From assembly GCA_963701455.1 (NCBI GenBank), contig CAVPAE010000001.1, positions 15,549 through 79,548 of the forward strand: a stretch of DNA of 64,000 bases, written 5' to 3'. The notes under the pieces are model-generated. The model saw only the letters and a list, made by a program, of their open reading frames with translations. It was not told the origin of the DNA and did no database searches. The position numbers and the translations under genes were made by a program. This DNA comes from an uncultured Gammaproteobacteria bacterium (lineage in GTDB: Bacteria > Pseudomonadota > Gammaproteobacteria > UBA9214). Positions 19,415 to 29,621 of the stretch are shown here, piece by piece. Each line of letters starts with the position of its first letter. Position 1 is the stretch's first letter.

Positions 19415-20087
19415 TTATTCCGCCGGCACGGCGGCACCGTAGTAGCCGGCCAGCGCCTTGATTTCCGCCTCGGTGAGGGCCTCGGCAATACTGCGCATGC
19501 GCGCGTAGATATCATTGCTGCGATCGCCTTCCTTGAACTCGGTCATGGTGTAGACCAGGTATTCCGGGTACTGCCCGGCCAGCGCCGGGTGATCGAACTG
19601 TCCACCACGGCCACGTCGGCCATGACAGGAGGCACAGGCCTTGATCAGCCGCTGCGGATCGCCCTCATAGACAAGGCGCAAAATGGCCGGATCCCTGTTG
19701 CGGTCGGCGGCAGGCGGTAACGGTTCCTGCGCTGCAAACCAGACGGCCAGATCCGCCATCTGCTGGTCATCAAGGTCACGCGTTTGCTTGACCATATCCC
19801 GGTCATCCCGGTTTTCATCCTGGTAGTCCTTGAGCTGCTTGTAGATATAGCTGGGACGTAAGCCGGCAATGTTTGCGTCTTCGGGGTCCTCCGAAACACC
19901 GTTATCGCCATGGCATTTGGCACACTTGCTTTCCTTTGCAAGCGCCTCGCCCCGCGCCGGATCCGCCGCTTGCAACAGCCGTACGGTCTCCACGTCAAAG
20001 GCTACTTGCGATGACGGTTCAGCACCCGCAGTCGGGAGCAGCAGCGTCATTCCGATGAATCCAGCAAGTAAACGCGATCATGATCAT
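19415..20087 (-). CDS. Diheme cytochrome c4/c553 (signal-peptide region apparently frameshifted)
   Basis: CAKCH and CASCH. Track ORF starts at 20050; the upstream ATGs at 20087/20081 are one base out of frame with the segment SRLLAGFIGMTLLLPTAGA. Confidence 0.85.
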
Positions 20088-21706
20088 ATGCTCCATGGGA
20101 CAGTACCGTAAGTATCCATGAGGAAAAACTGTGCAATGGGATAGCCGTAGCTGGCTACCAGATACACCACCACCAGCAGCACCCAGAAACCGAAGCTGTT
20201 CATCAGCGGCGGCATGCGCTGTATGGCGTGCAGCGGCTCGGCATATTCGACCTCGAGACTGGCCTCGGCCTGCGCATTGCCATGGGTCTTGAACAGGTTG
20301 TAGACCAGCATCAGCGCCGAGATGAAGAGGATGACGCCACCGACGATCATGGCGGATTCGGCCGGGAGCCATGCCTGCACGAAGGACTCGTCATAGGGCG
20401 TCGAAGAGATACGCCGCGGCTGGCCAGCGAGGCCCAGCTGGTGCCAGGGCAGTGTCAGGATGAGCATGCCAATAAACCACAGCCACAGTTGCTTCACTGC
20501 CATGCCGGTGGAATACAACTGCCGACCGGTCATCTTCGGCCACAAAGTGTAGGCAATCGCAAAGTACATAATCACCGTGGTACCCGCAAAGATCAGGTGA
20601 AAATGGCCAGTCACCCACTGGGTGTTGTGCACCATGGCGTTCATGGAATAGCTGGCATTGATCATGCCGCCAAAGCCACCGAAGGTGAGCATCAACATCG
20701 CCAGCAGGGCTGCCAGCACCATGGGATTACCCCAGGGCAGCGCACCGATCCAGCCAAACAATCCCTTGCCACCGCGCAGCCTGCCGGCAATTTCCAGCGA
20801 GGCAATGATGGTAAAACCGGTAATCAGGGTCGGCACTGCGACCATGAAGGTGCCGGTCATATGCAGGAATTTCCAGCCAGCCGCCTGAAACGGGTCCATG
20901 TAGAGATGGTGAAACCCGATGGGTACCGAAAACACCAGCAACAGGATAAACGCCACGCGTCCCATCTGGTCACTGAACAATCGACCGCCGGCCGCCTTCG
21001 GCAACAGGGTGTACAGCGCGATATAGGCCGGAAACAACCAGAAGTAGACAATCGCATGCAGGGTCCAGGAGAACAGGGTGCGCGCCAGTCCGACATCGAC
21101 CGTATCAATAAAACCCAGTGACCAGGGGAGCAGCTGAAACAGCACTTCCGCAGCAACGCCGAGACTGGTAATGAACCAGAGAATGGCATTCGCCGTAGTG
21201 CCATACATGGCCAGCGGTACGGTTTCGCCGGGATGCGCCTTTTTCCACGTGGTCATCATCATGACCATTTCCAGACACCATACCCAGGAACCCACTACCA
21301 GCAGGGTGGCACCGATATAGAACGCCGGATGCGCCATTAACGGCGGGTAGAAGGTATACAGCACCGAGGCATTACCGGTCAGCAGTGGCCCGGCCGCCAG
21401 CAGCACACCGGTCACGGACAGCCAGAAACCGAACCAGGCCAGCGGTTTGTTCCACATATCCTGCTTGAGACTGGAGGTCGCGGTGAAATAGCCATACCCC
21501 ATCACCAGGAATGTGGTCAGCACAAAGGCCATCAGCACTCCGTGGGTCGACACGGAGCCAAAATACAGTTCCGGTGACTTCAGCCCCGGAATCAGATCGA
21601 TCCTTTCGATGACCTGGTAGACACCCAGCAGTGCCGCCACGACAAAAGCGCTGAAACCCACCCACATACTCGCCAGACTTATGCCGGCAGCATTGGTTCG
21701 GCTCAT
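20084..21706 (-). CDS. cbaA: B-family (ba3-type) heme-copper oxygen reductase subunit I
   Basis: STHGVLM, WTLHAIVYFW (His-Tyr cross-link motif in helix VI), GFHHLY, WVTGHFH, PRR; 540 aa. Confidence 0.92.
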   Translation of the reverse strand: MSRTNAAGISLASMWVGFSAFVVAALLGVYQVIERIDLIPGLKSPELYFGSVSTHGVLMAFVLTTFLVMGYGYFTATSSLKQDMWNKPLAWFGFWLSVTGVLLAAGPLLTGNASVLYTFYPPLMAHPAFYIGATLLVVGSWVWCLEMVMMMTTWKKAHPGETVPLAMYGTTANAILWFITSLGVAAEVLFQLLPWSLGFIDTVDVGLARTLFSWTLHAIVYFWLFPAYIALYTLLPKAAGGRLFSDQMGRVAFILLLVFSVPIGFHHLYMDPFQAAGWKFLHMTGTFMVAVPTLITGFTIIASLEIAGRLRGGKGLFGWIGALPWGNPMVLAALLAMLMLTFGGFGGMINASYSMNAMVHNTQWVTGHFHLIFAGTTVIMYFAIAYTLWPKMTGRQLYSTGMAVKQLWLWFIGMLILTLPWHQLGLAGQPRRISSTPYDESFVQAWLPAESAMIVGGVILFISALMLVYNLFKTHGNAQAEASLEVEYAEPLHAIQRMPPLMNSFGFWVLLVVVYLVASYGYPIAQFFLMDTYGTVPWSI

Positions 21707-22227
21707 GATGATTCTCCCCTGGCGGATTTCGGCACCACGACCAGCCGTGACCACATGGAGTCGTGTCCGAGACCGCAGTATTCGTTACACAGCAGGGAGA
21801 ACTCACCGGTGCGGGGAAAGCTCGTCTTCACCTCGGAGATATAGCCCGGCACGATCATGGTTGTCATATTGGTAAAGGGCACATGGACGCCGTGCAGCAC
21901 ATCAGCGCTGGCGATGCGGAAGGTCACCGGCGTGTCGGCCGGCACCTCGATGCGCGGTGGATAGAAGCCATAGCGGGCCGCTACCAGGGTAACGGTCAAG
22001 CTGCCATCCGCGTTGGTTTTTACCCCAAGCTTGTCCTCTGCAAACTCTTCCGTCAGGTGCAGTCGCGAGGAGTCAATGGTTTCAACATTGCTCGGCGGGT
22101 GGATGTTACTGGCCACGGCATAAAAACCCAGTATGCCAGCCATAAAGAACGCCAGGAACAGGGATATCCAGATCCACTTTCGTTCCAGTGAGTCTTCGCA
22201 GATATTTTTCAGGGGATCACCAAACAT
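21703..22227 (-). CDS. cbaB: ba3-type oxidase subunit II (CuA)
   Basis: Single TM helix; DVLHGVH and CNEYCGLGHDSM CuA ligands. Confidence 0.92.
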   Translation of the reverse strand: MFGDPLKNICEDSLERKWIWISLFLAFFMAGILGFYAVASNIHPPSNVETIDSSRLHLTEEFAEDKLGVKTNADGSLTVTLVAARYGFYPPRIEVPADTPVTFRIASADVLHGVHVPFTNMTTMIVPGYISEVKTSFPRTGEFSLLCNEYCGLGHDSMWSRLVVVPKSARGESS

Positions 22228-22238
22228 ACCCGCGCCTC

Positions 22239-22394
22239 CTAGTTGACCGGTCCCTGTTCAAGAAACATGAAGAAAAACATGTACGCCCACCCTGCAAAGA
22301 TCAGTGCACCGACCAGCAGCATCAGCGCGAAGGTCCCGGTCGGCGGGCTGTTGAGGATTTTTTGTTCCTCTTCGGGTGTTAGTTGAGTCATCAT
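22239..22394 (-). CDS. cbaD: ba3-type oxidase small subunit IIa
   Basis: 51 aa with one TM helix, PTGTFALMLLVGALIFAGWAYMFF; GGAGA RBS; directly upstream of cbaB. Confidence 0.75.
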   Translation of the reverse strand: MMTQLTPEEEQKILNSPPTGTFALMLLVGALIFAGWAYMFFFMFLEQGPVN

Positions 22395-22721
22395 CTTTCT
22401 CCTTGACTGGCTTACATGGGCATTACGCACACAGGCACATGCCCGTCACCGGGCAGATGCAGAAATACAAAGACACAGGAACCTGAACGCTAAGCGACGG
22501 ATTCTTTCTTGGTTTTCTCCGGGACACCTGTCACCTTTATATCCGTCCCGGTCCCTCAGGCGATTGCCCGGGAGATAATCCACATTTTTTGTGTCGATTT
22601 CAAGTCACTGACAGTAATATCCTGTTTGCCTGTCACGCATCAGGGCGAAGCCTGTTCGGCGGATGCTGACTATTACACTGGAAGCGCCGGTCACGTCAAT
22701 CTGATGGACCCGGTTCAGGAC

Positions 22722-22735
22722 TTGACCTGAATCAA
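22722..22735. promoter_or_regulatory. FNR/ANR-type binding site between the divergent cba and nap operons
   Basis: TTGAC-CTGA-ATCAA versus consensus TTGAT-N4-ATCAA; about 120 nt upstream of napD. Confidence 0.7.
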
Positions 22736-22857
22736 GGCACTCTATTGCTGATACTGATACAAGCTTTTAAAAGGCACCTGGAGCCACGGCGTTTAAATCC
22801 TGGTGCCACCGTATAAACCACATCATTTCAGACTGTGACCGGGGGCAGTTACCGCAC

Positions 22858-23175
22858 ATGAATATCTCAGGCATCCTCGTCATTGTTTCCCCGCAACGGG
22901 TCGAGTCAATGGTCGACCAGCTGAACGGGCTGGACGGTATCGACGTTCATCACATCGATGCGGCAAGCGGCCGCATTGTCATCACCCAGGAAGCCGAATC
23001 CATCAAGGATGAGGTTGATGGCCTGAAGCGCATTCGCGCCCTGCCCGGCATCATCCTGGCTGAAATGTCCTACCACAACTTTGAAGATGACACCGAACTG
23101 CTGCAGGGCATCCCGGTGGACCTCGACGAGGAAGACCTCAACAGCGTCAGGGTGCCTGAATACTTGAATCAATAG
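22858..23175 (+). CDS. napD: NapD chaperone
   Basis: [10 protein letters not shown]...GRIVITQE...[12 protein letters not shown]; directly upstream of napA. Confidence 0.88.
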   Translation: MNISGILVIVSPQRVESMVDQLNGLDGIDVHHIDAASGRIVITQEAESIKDEVDGLKRIRALPGIILAEMSYHNFEDDTELLQGIPVDLDEEDLNSVRVPEYLNQ

Positions 23176-23221
23176 CGGGCCATACACACTTCAGAACCAA
23201 ACATTACTTCAGGAGAGAGCA

Positions 23222-25966
23222 ATGGACGTCACACGCAGAGAGTTCATCAAGGCCAGTGCCGCGGCAGCCACCGCCACTGCCGCCGGCATCACCATTCCCG
23301 CCGCGACGCTGGCTGAAGCAAAAGAGGCCGAAGCCGGCGTGCAGTGGGACAAGGGCGTCTGCCGCTTCTGCGGTACCGGCTGCGGCATCATGGTCGGCAC
23401 CCGGGACGGACGCATCGTCGCCACCAAGGGTGACCCGGATGCACCGGTAAACAAGGGACTTAACTGCATCAAGGGATATTTCAACGGCAAGATCATCTAC
23501 GGCAAGGACCGTCTCACCCAGCCACTGATGCGCATGACGGACGGCAAGTTCGACAAGCAGGGCAAGTTCCAGGCCGTGAGCTGGGAACGCGCCTTCGACG
23601 AAATGGAAACACAGTTCAAGAAGACCTACCAGGAAATGGGACCGCATGGCGTCGCTATCTTTGGCTCCGGCCAGTACACCATCCCGGAAGGTTATGTCTC
23701 CGCCAAGCTGATGAAGGCCGGCTTCCGCAGCAACAACATCGATCCCAATGCACGTCACTGCATGGCCTCGGCCGTGGTGGGTTTTATCCAGACCTTCGGC
23801 ATCGACGAACCGGCCGGCAACTACGACGACATCGAACACACCGATACCGTTGTCACCTGGGGCGCCAACATGGCCGAGTGCCATCCGATCCTGTGGGCGC
23901 GCGTCTCCGACCGCCGGCTCACGGATGACAACGTCAAGTTGATCAACCTGACGACCATGAGCAACCAGACCTCTGACATCGCCGACACCGAGATCATCTT
24001 CAAACCGGGTACTGACCTTGCCATCCAGAACTACCTGCTGCGCGAGATCGTCAAGCGCGACGCCGTCAACCATGACTTCGTCAAAAAGCATTGCGTGTTT
24101 GCCACCGGTCCCTACGACATCGGTTACGGCATGCGCGCCACGGACAAGTATTGTTTTGATGCCGAAAAGGACATCCAGGCCAAGGAGTTGAAGGTCACAC
24201 TGGACAAGGACGAGGCCATCGCCCAGCGCAAAAAGGCCGGCGAAGTGGTGGAACAGAATAACACCAAGGTTCCGGTCAAGCACTGGCTGATCGGCTTTGA
24301 GGATTTCAAGAAAGGGGTGGAACCCTACACCCTGGACTTCGTGGCGCAACTGTCCAAGGGTGACCCGGACGAGGACCTGGAGTCCTACAAGGACAAACTC
24401 AAGCAACTGGCCGACCTGTATGTCGACCCGAACCGCAAGGTGGTCAGCTTCTGGACCATGGGTTTCAACCAGCACTACCGCGGCAGCTGGGTCAACGAGC
24501 AGAACTATGCCATCCACCTGCTGCTTGGCAAGCAGTGCATGCCGGGCAATGGCGCGTTCTCGCTCACCGGCCAGCCATCCGCCTGCGGGACCGCGCGCGA
24601 GGTGGGCACTTTCGCGCACCGGCTGCCGGCAGACCTCGTGGTCACCATCCCCGAACACCGGGCATTCAGCGAGAACCTCTGGAAACTGCCAGCCAACACC
24701 CTGAATCCCAAGGTCGGCAGCCACATCACCAAGATCATGCGCGACCTGGAGGATGGTTCGGTCAAGTGGGCCTGGGTACAGGTCAACAACCCCTTCCAGG
24801 CCACCGCCAACGCCAACCACTGGATTAAGGCGGCCCGCAAGATGGACAACTTCCTGGTGGTGTCCGACCCCTACCCCACGGTCTCGGCCAAGGTGGCGGA
24901 CCTCATCCTGCCAACGGCCATGATCTTCGAGAAATGGGGCCTGTACGGAAATGCCGAGCGCCGCACCCAGGCCTGGCGGCAGCAGGTCGCACCACCCGGC
25001 GAAGCCATGGGCGATGTCTGGCAGGGACTGGAGTTCGCCAAGCGCTTCAAGCTCAAGGAAGTCTGGGGTGAACACAGCGTGCCGGGGCTGAAGGCCGAGG
25101 GCTTCGAGGACGGCAAGCTGCCCAGCGTGCTGGCCGAGGCAGAGAAGATGGGCTATTCACCCGAGGACTCCCTCTACGATGTACTGTTCGCCACCGCGGA
25201 GAACCGCAAGGTCAAGTGGCCCGACAATCCGGTGTCCAAGGGGCACGGCAACCACATTGCCGAAAAACTCGGCGATGGCTGGTTCCCGGAGAAGGCCCTG
25301 TTCAACGAGTACCGGCAGTTCGGCGTGGGACATGCCCATGACCTCGCGGAATTCGATGTCTATTATCGCGATGACGTGCGTGGCCTGAAGTGGCCGGTCG
25401 TCGATGGCAAGGAAACCCAGTGGCGCTTCAACGAGGAGTACGATTCCTACTGCGCGAAGGGCAGTGGTTTTGACTTCTACGGCAAGGCGCTCAAGGCATT
25501 GCCCAGTGGCGACCTCGACCAGGTCACCAACGCGGAGAAGACCAGTCTGGCCGGCAAGGCGAAGATCTTCTTCCGGCCCTACGCGGCACCGCCGGAGCAG
25601 CCGGATGATAACTACGACCTGTGGCTGAACACGGGCCGCGTACTGGAACACTGGCACACCGGCACCATGACGCGCCGGGTACCGGAGCTGCATCGTGCCG
25701 TGCCGACCGCCGTGATATTCATGCACCCGGATGATGCCGGCAAACGCGGACTGCAGCGCAATGATGTCGCCTGGCTGGAGTCGCGCCGCGGCAAGATCAA
25801 GGCCGTGGTGGAGACCCAGGGCCGCAACCGGCCACCCAAGGGAACCACCTTCGTGCCATTCTTCGACGAAGCCGTGTTTGTCAACAAACTGTGTCTTGAT
25901 GTGACCTGCCCGATGTCGAAGGAGACCGACTTCAAGAAGGCAGCAATCAAGGTCTACAAGGCCTGA
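23222..25966 (+). CDS. napA: Periplasmic nitrate reductase catalytic subunit (long form, 914 aa)
   Basis: Tat [14 protein letters not shown]...KGLNCIKG [4Fe-4S] motif, [38 protein letters not shown]. Confidence 0.97.
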   Translation: MDVTRREFIKASAAAATATAAGITIPAATLAEAKEAEAGVQWDKGVCRFCGTGCGIMVGTRDGRIVATKGDPDAPVNKGLNCIKGYFNGKIIYGKDRLTQPLMRMTDGKFDKQGKFQAVSWERAFDEMETQFKKTYQEMGPHGVAIFGSGQYTIPEGYVSAKLMKAGFRSNNIDPNARHCMASAVVGFIQTFGIDEPAGNYDDIEHTDTVVTWGANMAECHPILWARVSDRRLTDDNVKLINLTTMSNQTSDIADTEIIFKPGTDLAIQNYLLREIVKRDAVNHDFVKKHCVFATGPYDIGYGMRATDKYCFDAEKDIQAKELKVTLDKDEAIAQRKKAGEVVEQNNTKVPVKHWLIGFEDFKKGVEPYTLDFVAQLSKGDPDEDLESYKDKLKQLADLYVDPNRKVVSFWTMGFNQHYRGSWVNEQNYAIHLLLGKQCMPGNGAFSLTGQPSACGTAREVGTFAHRLPADLVVTIPEHRAFSENLWKLPANTLNPKVGSHITKIMRDLEDGSVKWAWVQVNNPFQATANANHWIKAARKMDNFLVVSDPYPTVSAKVADLILPTAMIFEKWGLYGNAERRTQAWRQQVAPPGEAMGDVWQGLEFAKRFKLKEVWGEHSVPGLKAEGFEDGKLPSVLAEAEKMGYSPEDSLYDVLFATAENRKVKWPDNPVSKGHGNHIAEKLGDGWFPEKALFNEYRQFGVGHAHDLAEFDVYYRDDVRGLKWPVVDGKETQWRFNEEYDSYCAKGSGFDFYGKALKALPSGDLDQVTNAEKTSLAGKAKIFFRPYAAPPEQPDDNYDLWLNTGRVLEHWHTGTMTRRVPELHRAVPTAVIFMHPDDAGKRGLQRNDVAWLESRRGKIKAVVETQGRNRPPKGTTFVPFFDEAVFVNKLCLDVTCPMSKETDFKKAAIKVYKA

Positions 25967-26023
25967 TGGTGATGCCGCGGGGGGGCTGGTGGCAGGTTCG
26001 CCACCCCTCCGGGGGACAGGTCC

Positions 26024-26788
26024 ATGGGCAAGCAAGCAGCAATCACGCGACGTGACTTTTTCGCCAGGGTAGGTCAAGGGGCCGCCCTGGCGGCGACCGG
26101 GGGTCTTGTCTGGTCATACCTGTTAAAGCAGCAGGCGCAGGCGACACCGTTTGCCATTCGCCCGCCTGGAGCACTTGCTGAAGCAGACTTTAATGCGCGC
26201 TGCATCAAGTGCGGCCAGTGCGTAGCTGCCTGCCCCTATGACACCCTGAAGCTGGCGACGGCTGATTCCGGCGTCCCCATCGGGACTCCGTACTTTATTC
26301 CGCGCGAAATACCCTGCTATATGTGCGCGGACATCCCGTGCGTACCGGTCTGCCCAACCGGCGCACTCAACCACGCACTGGAAAACATCGACGATGCGCG
26401 CATGGGACTGGCTGTCATCGATATCGAGAACTGCCTGTCCTGGCAGGGCCTGCGCTGTGAAATCTGCTTCCGCGAATGCCCGGTGCAGGGCCAGGCAATC
26501 ACCGTCGAGCATCACCCGCGCCGCATCAGCAAACACGCAATGTTCGTACCCCTGGTACACAGCGACGCCTGCACCGGCTGCGGCATATGCGAGCAGGCCT
26601 GCCCGACCCAGAAGGCCGCGATACGGATACTGCAACCGGACCTGGTGCAGGGCCAGATCGGCGATCACTACCGCCTGGGGTGGACCATCGACAGCCCGAT
26701 CACCCAGGAATTCAAGGCCGGCACACAGACCCCGGGTGCCAGTGCACCGCCAACCGGGCTTGACTACCTGAACGAGGGGCCACTGTAA
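26024..26788 (+). CDS. napG: Ferredoxin-type protein NapG
   Basis: Tat-like RRDFF, RPPGA, CIKCGQCVAACP, CYMCADIPC, CLSWQGLRCEIC, CTGCGICE. Confidence 0.94.
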   Translation: MGKQAAITRRDFFARVGQGAALAATGGLVWSYLLKQQAQATPFAIRPPGALAEADFNARCIKCGQCVAACPYDTLKLATADSGVPIGTPYFIPREIPCYMCADIPCVPVCPTGALNHALENIDDARMGLAVIDIENCLSWQGLRCEICFRECPVQGQAITVEHHPRRISKHAMFVPLVHSDACTGCGICEQACPTQKAAIRILQPDLVQGQIGDHYRLGWTIDSPITQEFKAGTQTPGASAPPTGLDYLNEGPL

Positions 26789-27726
26789 TGGCGCCTGACA
26801 CACAGCCAAAGATGGGCCCGAATGGCCGGCCAGTCAGGGCCTTCGTCATGCCGGCCTCGTTCAGCGGCAAACTGCAGGTCTGGCATCTGCTGCTGCTGCG
26901 CCGCGTCGTGCAGCTCGGCATCCTGTTGCTGTTCCTCGGCACGGTACGCTGGGGCTGGGAAGTGGCCGGACGGCCGGTGCTGACAGGCAATCTCAGCAGT
27001 TCGGAACTGTTCGGGCTCATCCCCCTGGCAGATCCGTTTGCCACCCTGCAAATCCTGCTCACCGGCCAGCTGCCGCTACAGGAGGTATTGCTGGGTGCCG
27101 CCATTATCCTGACTGCATACACCCTGCTCGGCGGGCGCACATGGTGCTCCTGGGCATGCCCGGTCAACATGGTCACCGACCTGTCGGCCTGGCTGCGCCG
27201 CCGCCTGGGTATTTCTGACCTGTTCCGGATCAATCGCAGAACCCGTTACACGGTACTGGCACTGGCACTGGTCCTGTCGGTGCTGACCGGCGTGGCTGCA
27301 TTTGAATGGGTAAGCCCCATCAGCATGCTGCACCGGGAACTGATCTACGGCATCGGGCTCGGCTGGACAGCCGTGTTTGGTGTATTCCTGTTTGACCTGT
27401 TTGTCCTGCGCCACGGCTGGTGCGGACATCTCTGCCCGCTGGGCGCATTTTATGCTCTGGTCGGCAAGCTGGCTCTGCTACGCATCCGTTTCGACACACC
27501 GACCTGCACGCACTGCGGTGAGTGTGCCAGTTATTGCCCTGAACCCCAGGTACTGAACCTGAAGGAAGCGGCTGCAGCCGGCATGATCGCCTCCGGAGAA
27601 TGCACCAATTGCGGCCGCTGCATCACCGTATGCCCGGAAGGCACCCTGCAATTCGACCTGCGGCGCTTCCTCGATGTGCCGCAGCAACCAGACACAACCA
27701 AATCCCAACAAAGGAGAGCAGCATGA
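26788..27726 (+). CDS. napH: Quinol dehydrogenase membrane subunit NapH
   Basis: LRRVVQLGIL, GNLSSS, LADP, WCSWACP, WCGHLCPLG, CTHCGEC / CTNCGRC. Confidence 0.94.
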   Translation: MAPDTQPKMGPNGRPVRAFVMPASFSGKLQVWHLLLLRRVVQLGILLLFLGTVRWGWEVAGRPVLTGNLSSSELFGLIPLADPFATLQILLTGQLPLQEVLLGAAIILTAYTLLGGRTWCSWACPVNMVTDLSAWLRRRLGISDLFRINRRTRYTVLALALVLSVLTGVAAFEWVSPISMLHRELIYGIGLGWTAVFGVFLFDLFVLRHGWCGHLCPLGAFYALVGKLALLRIRFDTPTCTHCGECASYCPEPQVLNLKEAAAAGMIASGECTNCGRCITVCPEGTLQFDLRRFLDVPQQPDTTKSQQRRAA

Positions 27727-28184
27727 AAACACTAGCATTTTTCTCCACTCTCGGCCTGATGGTCACCGTTGCCGCATGCGCATCGAACGGTGGCGCCATC
27801 GACGAGCTCAACATGGGCCTCAGCAAGACCAGCGTGTTTGATACACCGACACCGGACACCTACACCTACAGCGATGGCAAGCCTGGTTATAACGACCCCC
27901 TGCCACGGGCCTGGGAGGATGCACCCCCACAAATTCCGCACCAGGTCACTGAATTCCTGCCGATCGTCGCCGCGGACAACCAGTGCCTGGACTGCCATGA
28001 TGTGCCCAAATATATTGACAAGCCCAAAAACATGGACAGGACAGTGAAAAGCAAGAGCCCGATGTCAGAAGATCACTATGCAAGCAGCGACATGGATGAG
28101 CTGGCGGGTGCACGCTTCAACTGTACGCAATGTCACGTACCCCAGTCGAACGCCGCACCGCTGGTTGAAAGCACCTATCGTTGA
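27723..28184 (+). CDS. napB: Diheme cytochrome NapB (possible lipoprotein)
   Basis: ATG at 27723 overlaps the napH stop. VAAC lipobox-like signal; RAWEDAPPQIPH, CLDCH, RFNCTQCHVPQ. Confidence 0.92.
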   Translation: MKTLAFFSTLGLMVTVAACASNGGAIDELNMGLSKTSVFDTPTPDTYTYSDGKPGYNDPLPRAWEDAPPQIPHQVTEFLPIVAADNQCLDCHDVPKYIDKPKNMDRTVKSKSPMSEDHYASSDMDELAGARFNCTQCHVPQSNAAPLVESTYR

Positions 28185-28714
28185 GCGAGGTGGACAGCGG
28201 GCGCAGGGCTTTTTTGCGCGGCACGTTGCTGACCCGCAGCGGGCGCAAGGCCGAAGCAGTACGGCAGCAACCACTGGGGCCACCGCCACCCTGGCACCAG
28301 GGACTGGCGCTGCATGAAGCCTGCCAGGGATGCACTCACCCCTGCGTGACGGCCTGCGAGCCGGGTATTATCAGGCTGCACCCGGCTGACCATGAACGAG
28401 CCGGCACGCCCTATCTTGATTTTGGAACCTCCGGTTGCACCTTCTGCAGGGCCTGCGTTTCAGCCTGTCCACTGGAGATCGAGGTTATTGAATCGGCCAG
28501 CCCCCGCATTGGGACCGCACGGCTGAACCGTGACATCTGCATCGCCTGGGACGATGTGATCTGCATGTCCTGCCATGGACGCTGTGATTACCAGGCCATC
28601 AGCACCGTTCACCAGCGCCGCGCGGAGGTTAACCCCGACCGCTGCACAGGTTGCGGCATGTGTGTGGCAGCCTGCCCGGTGGCTGCCCTGAGCATCGGAC
28701 AGGCAGTGATGTGA
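28181..28714 (+). CDS. napF: Ferredoxin-type protein NapF
   Basis: TTG start overlaps the napB stop; GRRAFLRG, PPPW and four Cys clusters (CTFCRAC, CTGCGMCVAACP). Confidence 0.85.
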   Translation: MSEVDSGRRAFLRGTLLTRSGRKAEAVRQQPLGPPPPWHQGLALHEACQGCTHPCVTACEPGIIRLHPADHERAGTPYLDFGTSGCTFCRACVSACPLEIEVIESASPRIGTARLNRDICIAWDDVICMSCHGRCDYQAISTVHQRRAEVNPDRCTGCGMCVAACPVAALSIGQAVM

Positions 28715-28932
28715 TCCGAACCCGCAGGGGCATACCTGTAACATCGGAAATTCGGTCCGCAACAGACCAGCCAAGAAAACCAGCGCAAGGAAGACAACTG
28801 TCTTTCTCATGCTACTTCCCCTGCATAATGCATGCAGATTGAATACGTGGTACCGAACGAAATTCCCACGACAAGACAGTGAATTCGACGGACAAAAGCA
28901 CGGCATCCTGCGCTTAAGCGATGCGTAAACAG

Positions 28933-29619
28933 TCAGCCGGGCCTTGCATCCGCCACGTTATCACGCAGGTATACAGGGACTGCTGCATCCGCGGCTACTG
29001 CTTTGCCGCGCAGAAAGTCATACAGGCCAAGCCGGGCAACATCGCCCGCGCGGGGTTCCAGATCCGGCAGCACCCGGATTACATCATCCCCGCAGCGCTG
29101 CACCAGGGCCTTGCCATGCGCCAGCCAGCCGCTGCCAGCACCGATCCAGCGGCCCGGCTCTGGCTGCGGCACACCTGACGGTGGGCAAACGATCTCGCTG
29201 CCCTGCAGGACCAGCGCCTCGCCGGCCTGCCGGTAACAGCCCCAGTAGACCTCGTCCTTGCGGGCATCCAGCGCTGCCAGTGCCTGTGTTTCCCCGGTCT
29301 CGCGCATGGCACCCAGTGCCAGTGCGGCCAGAGTGGAAACCGGAACCACCGGCAGGTCCGCGGCGAATGCGATCCCCTGCACAATGCTCGCCGCGATCCG
29401 CACCCCGGTAAATGCCCCGGGACCACGCCCGAAGGCAATGGCATCGAGCTGGCGCACACCGATGTCCGCCTCGGCCAGTACCGATTCGATCATCGGCAGG
29501 ATCAGGGCGGCGTGCTGGCGTGGCGCCAGTACATAGCGTTCCAGTACCTCGCCTCCCAGGCACAGGGCCGCGGAACAGGCCGCCGTGGAGGTTTCAATCG
29601 CCAGGATGCGTGTAGTCAT
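28933..29619 (-). CDS. tsaB: tRNA t6A biosynthesis protein TsaB
   Basis: ILAIETSTAACSAAL, FGRGPGAFTGVRIA, ALDARKDEVY, PVYLRDNVA. Confidence 0.96.
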   Translation of the reverse strand: MTTRILAIETSTAACSAALCLGGEVLERYVLAPRQHAALILPMIESVLAEADIGVRQLDAIAFGRGPGAFTGVRIAASIVQGIAFAADLPVVPVSTLAALALGAMRETGETQALAALDARKDEVYWGCYRQAGEALVLQGSEIVCPPSGVPQPEPGRWIGAGSGWLAHGKALVQRCGDDVIRVLPDLEPRAGDVARLGLYDFLRGKAVAADAAVPVYLRDNVADARPG

Positions 29620-29621
29620 GG

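Noticed and set aside
20084-21706. Nitric oxide reductase (given the adjacent nap operon)
   Set aside because: The helix VI H-x3-Y cross-link motif and a CuA subunit II with a IIa peptide indicate a B-family O2 reductase, though only a phylogeny can exclude a derived NOR clade.
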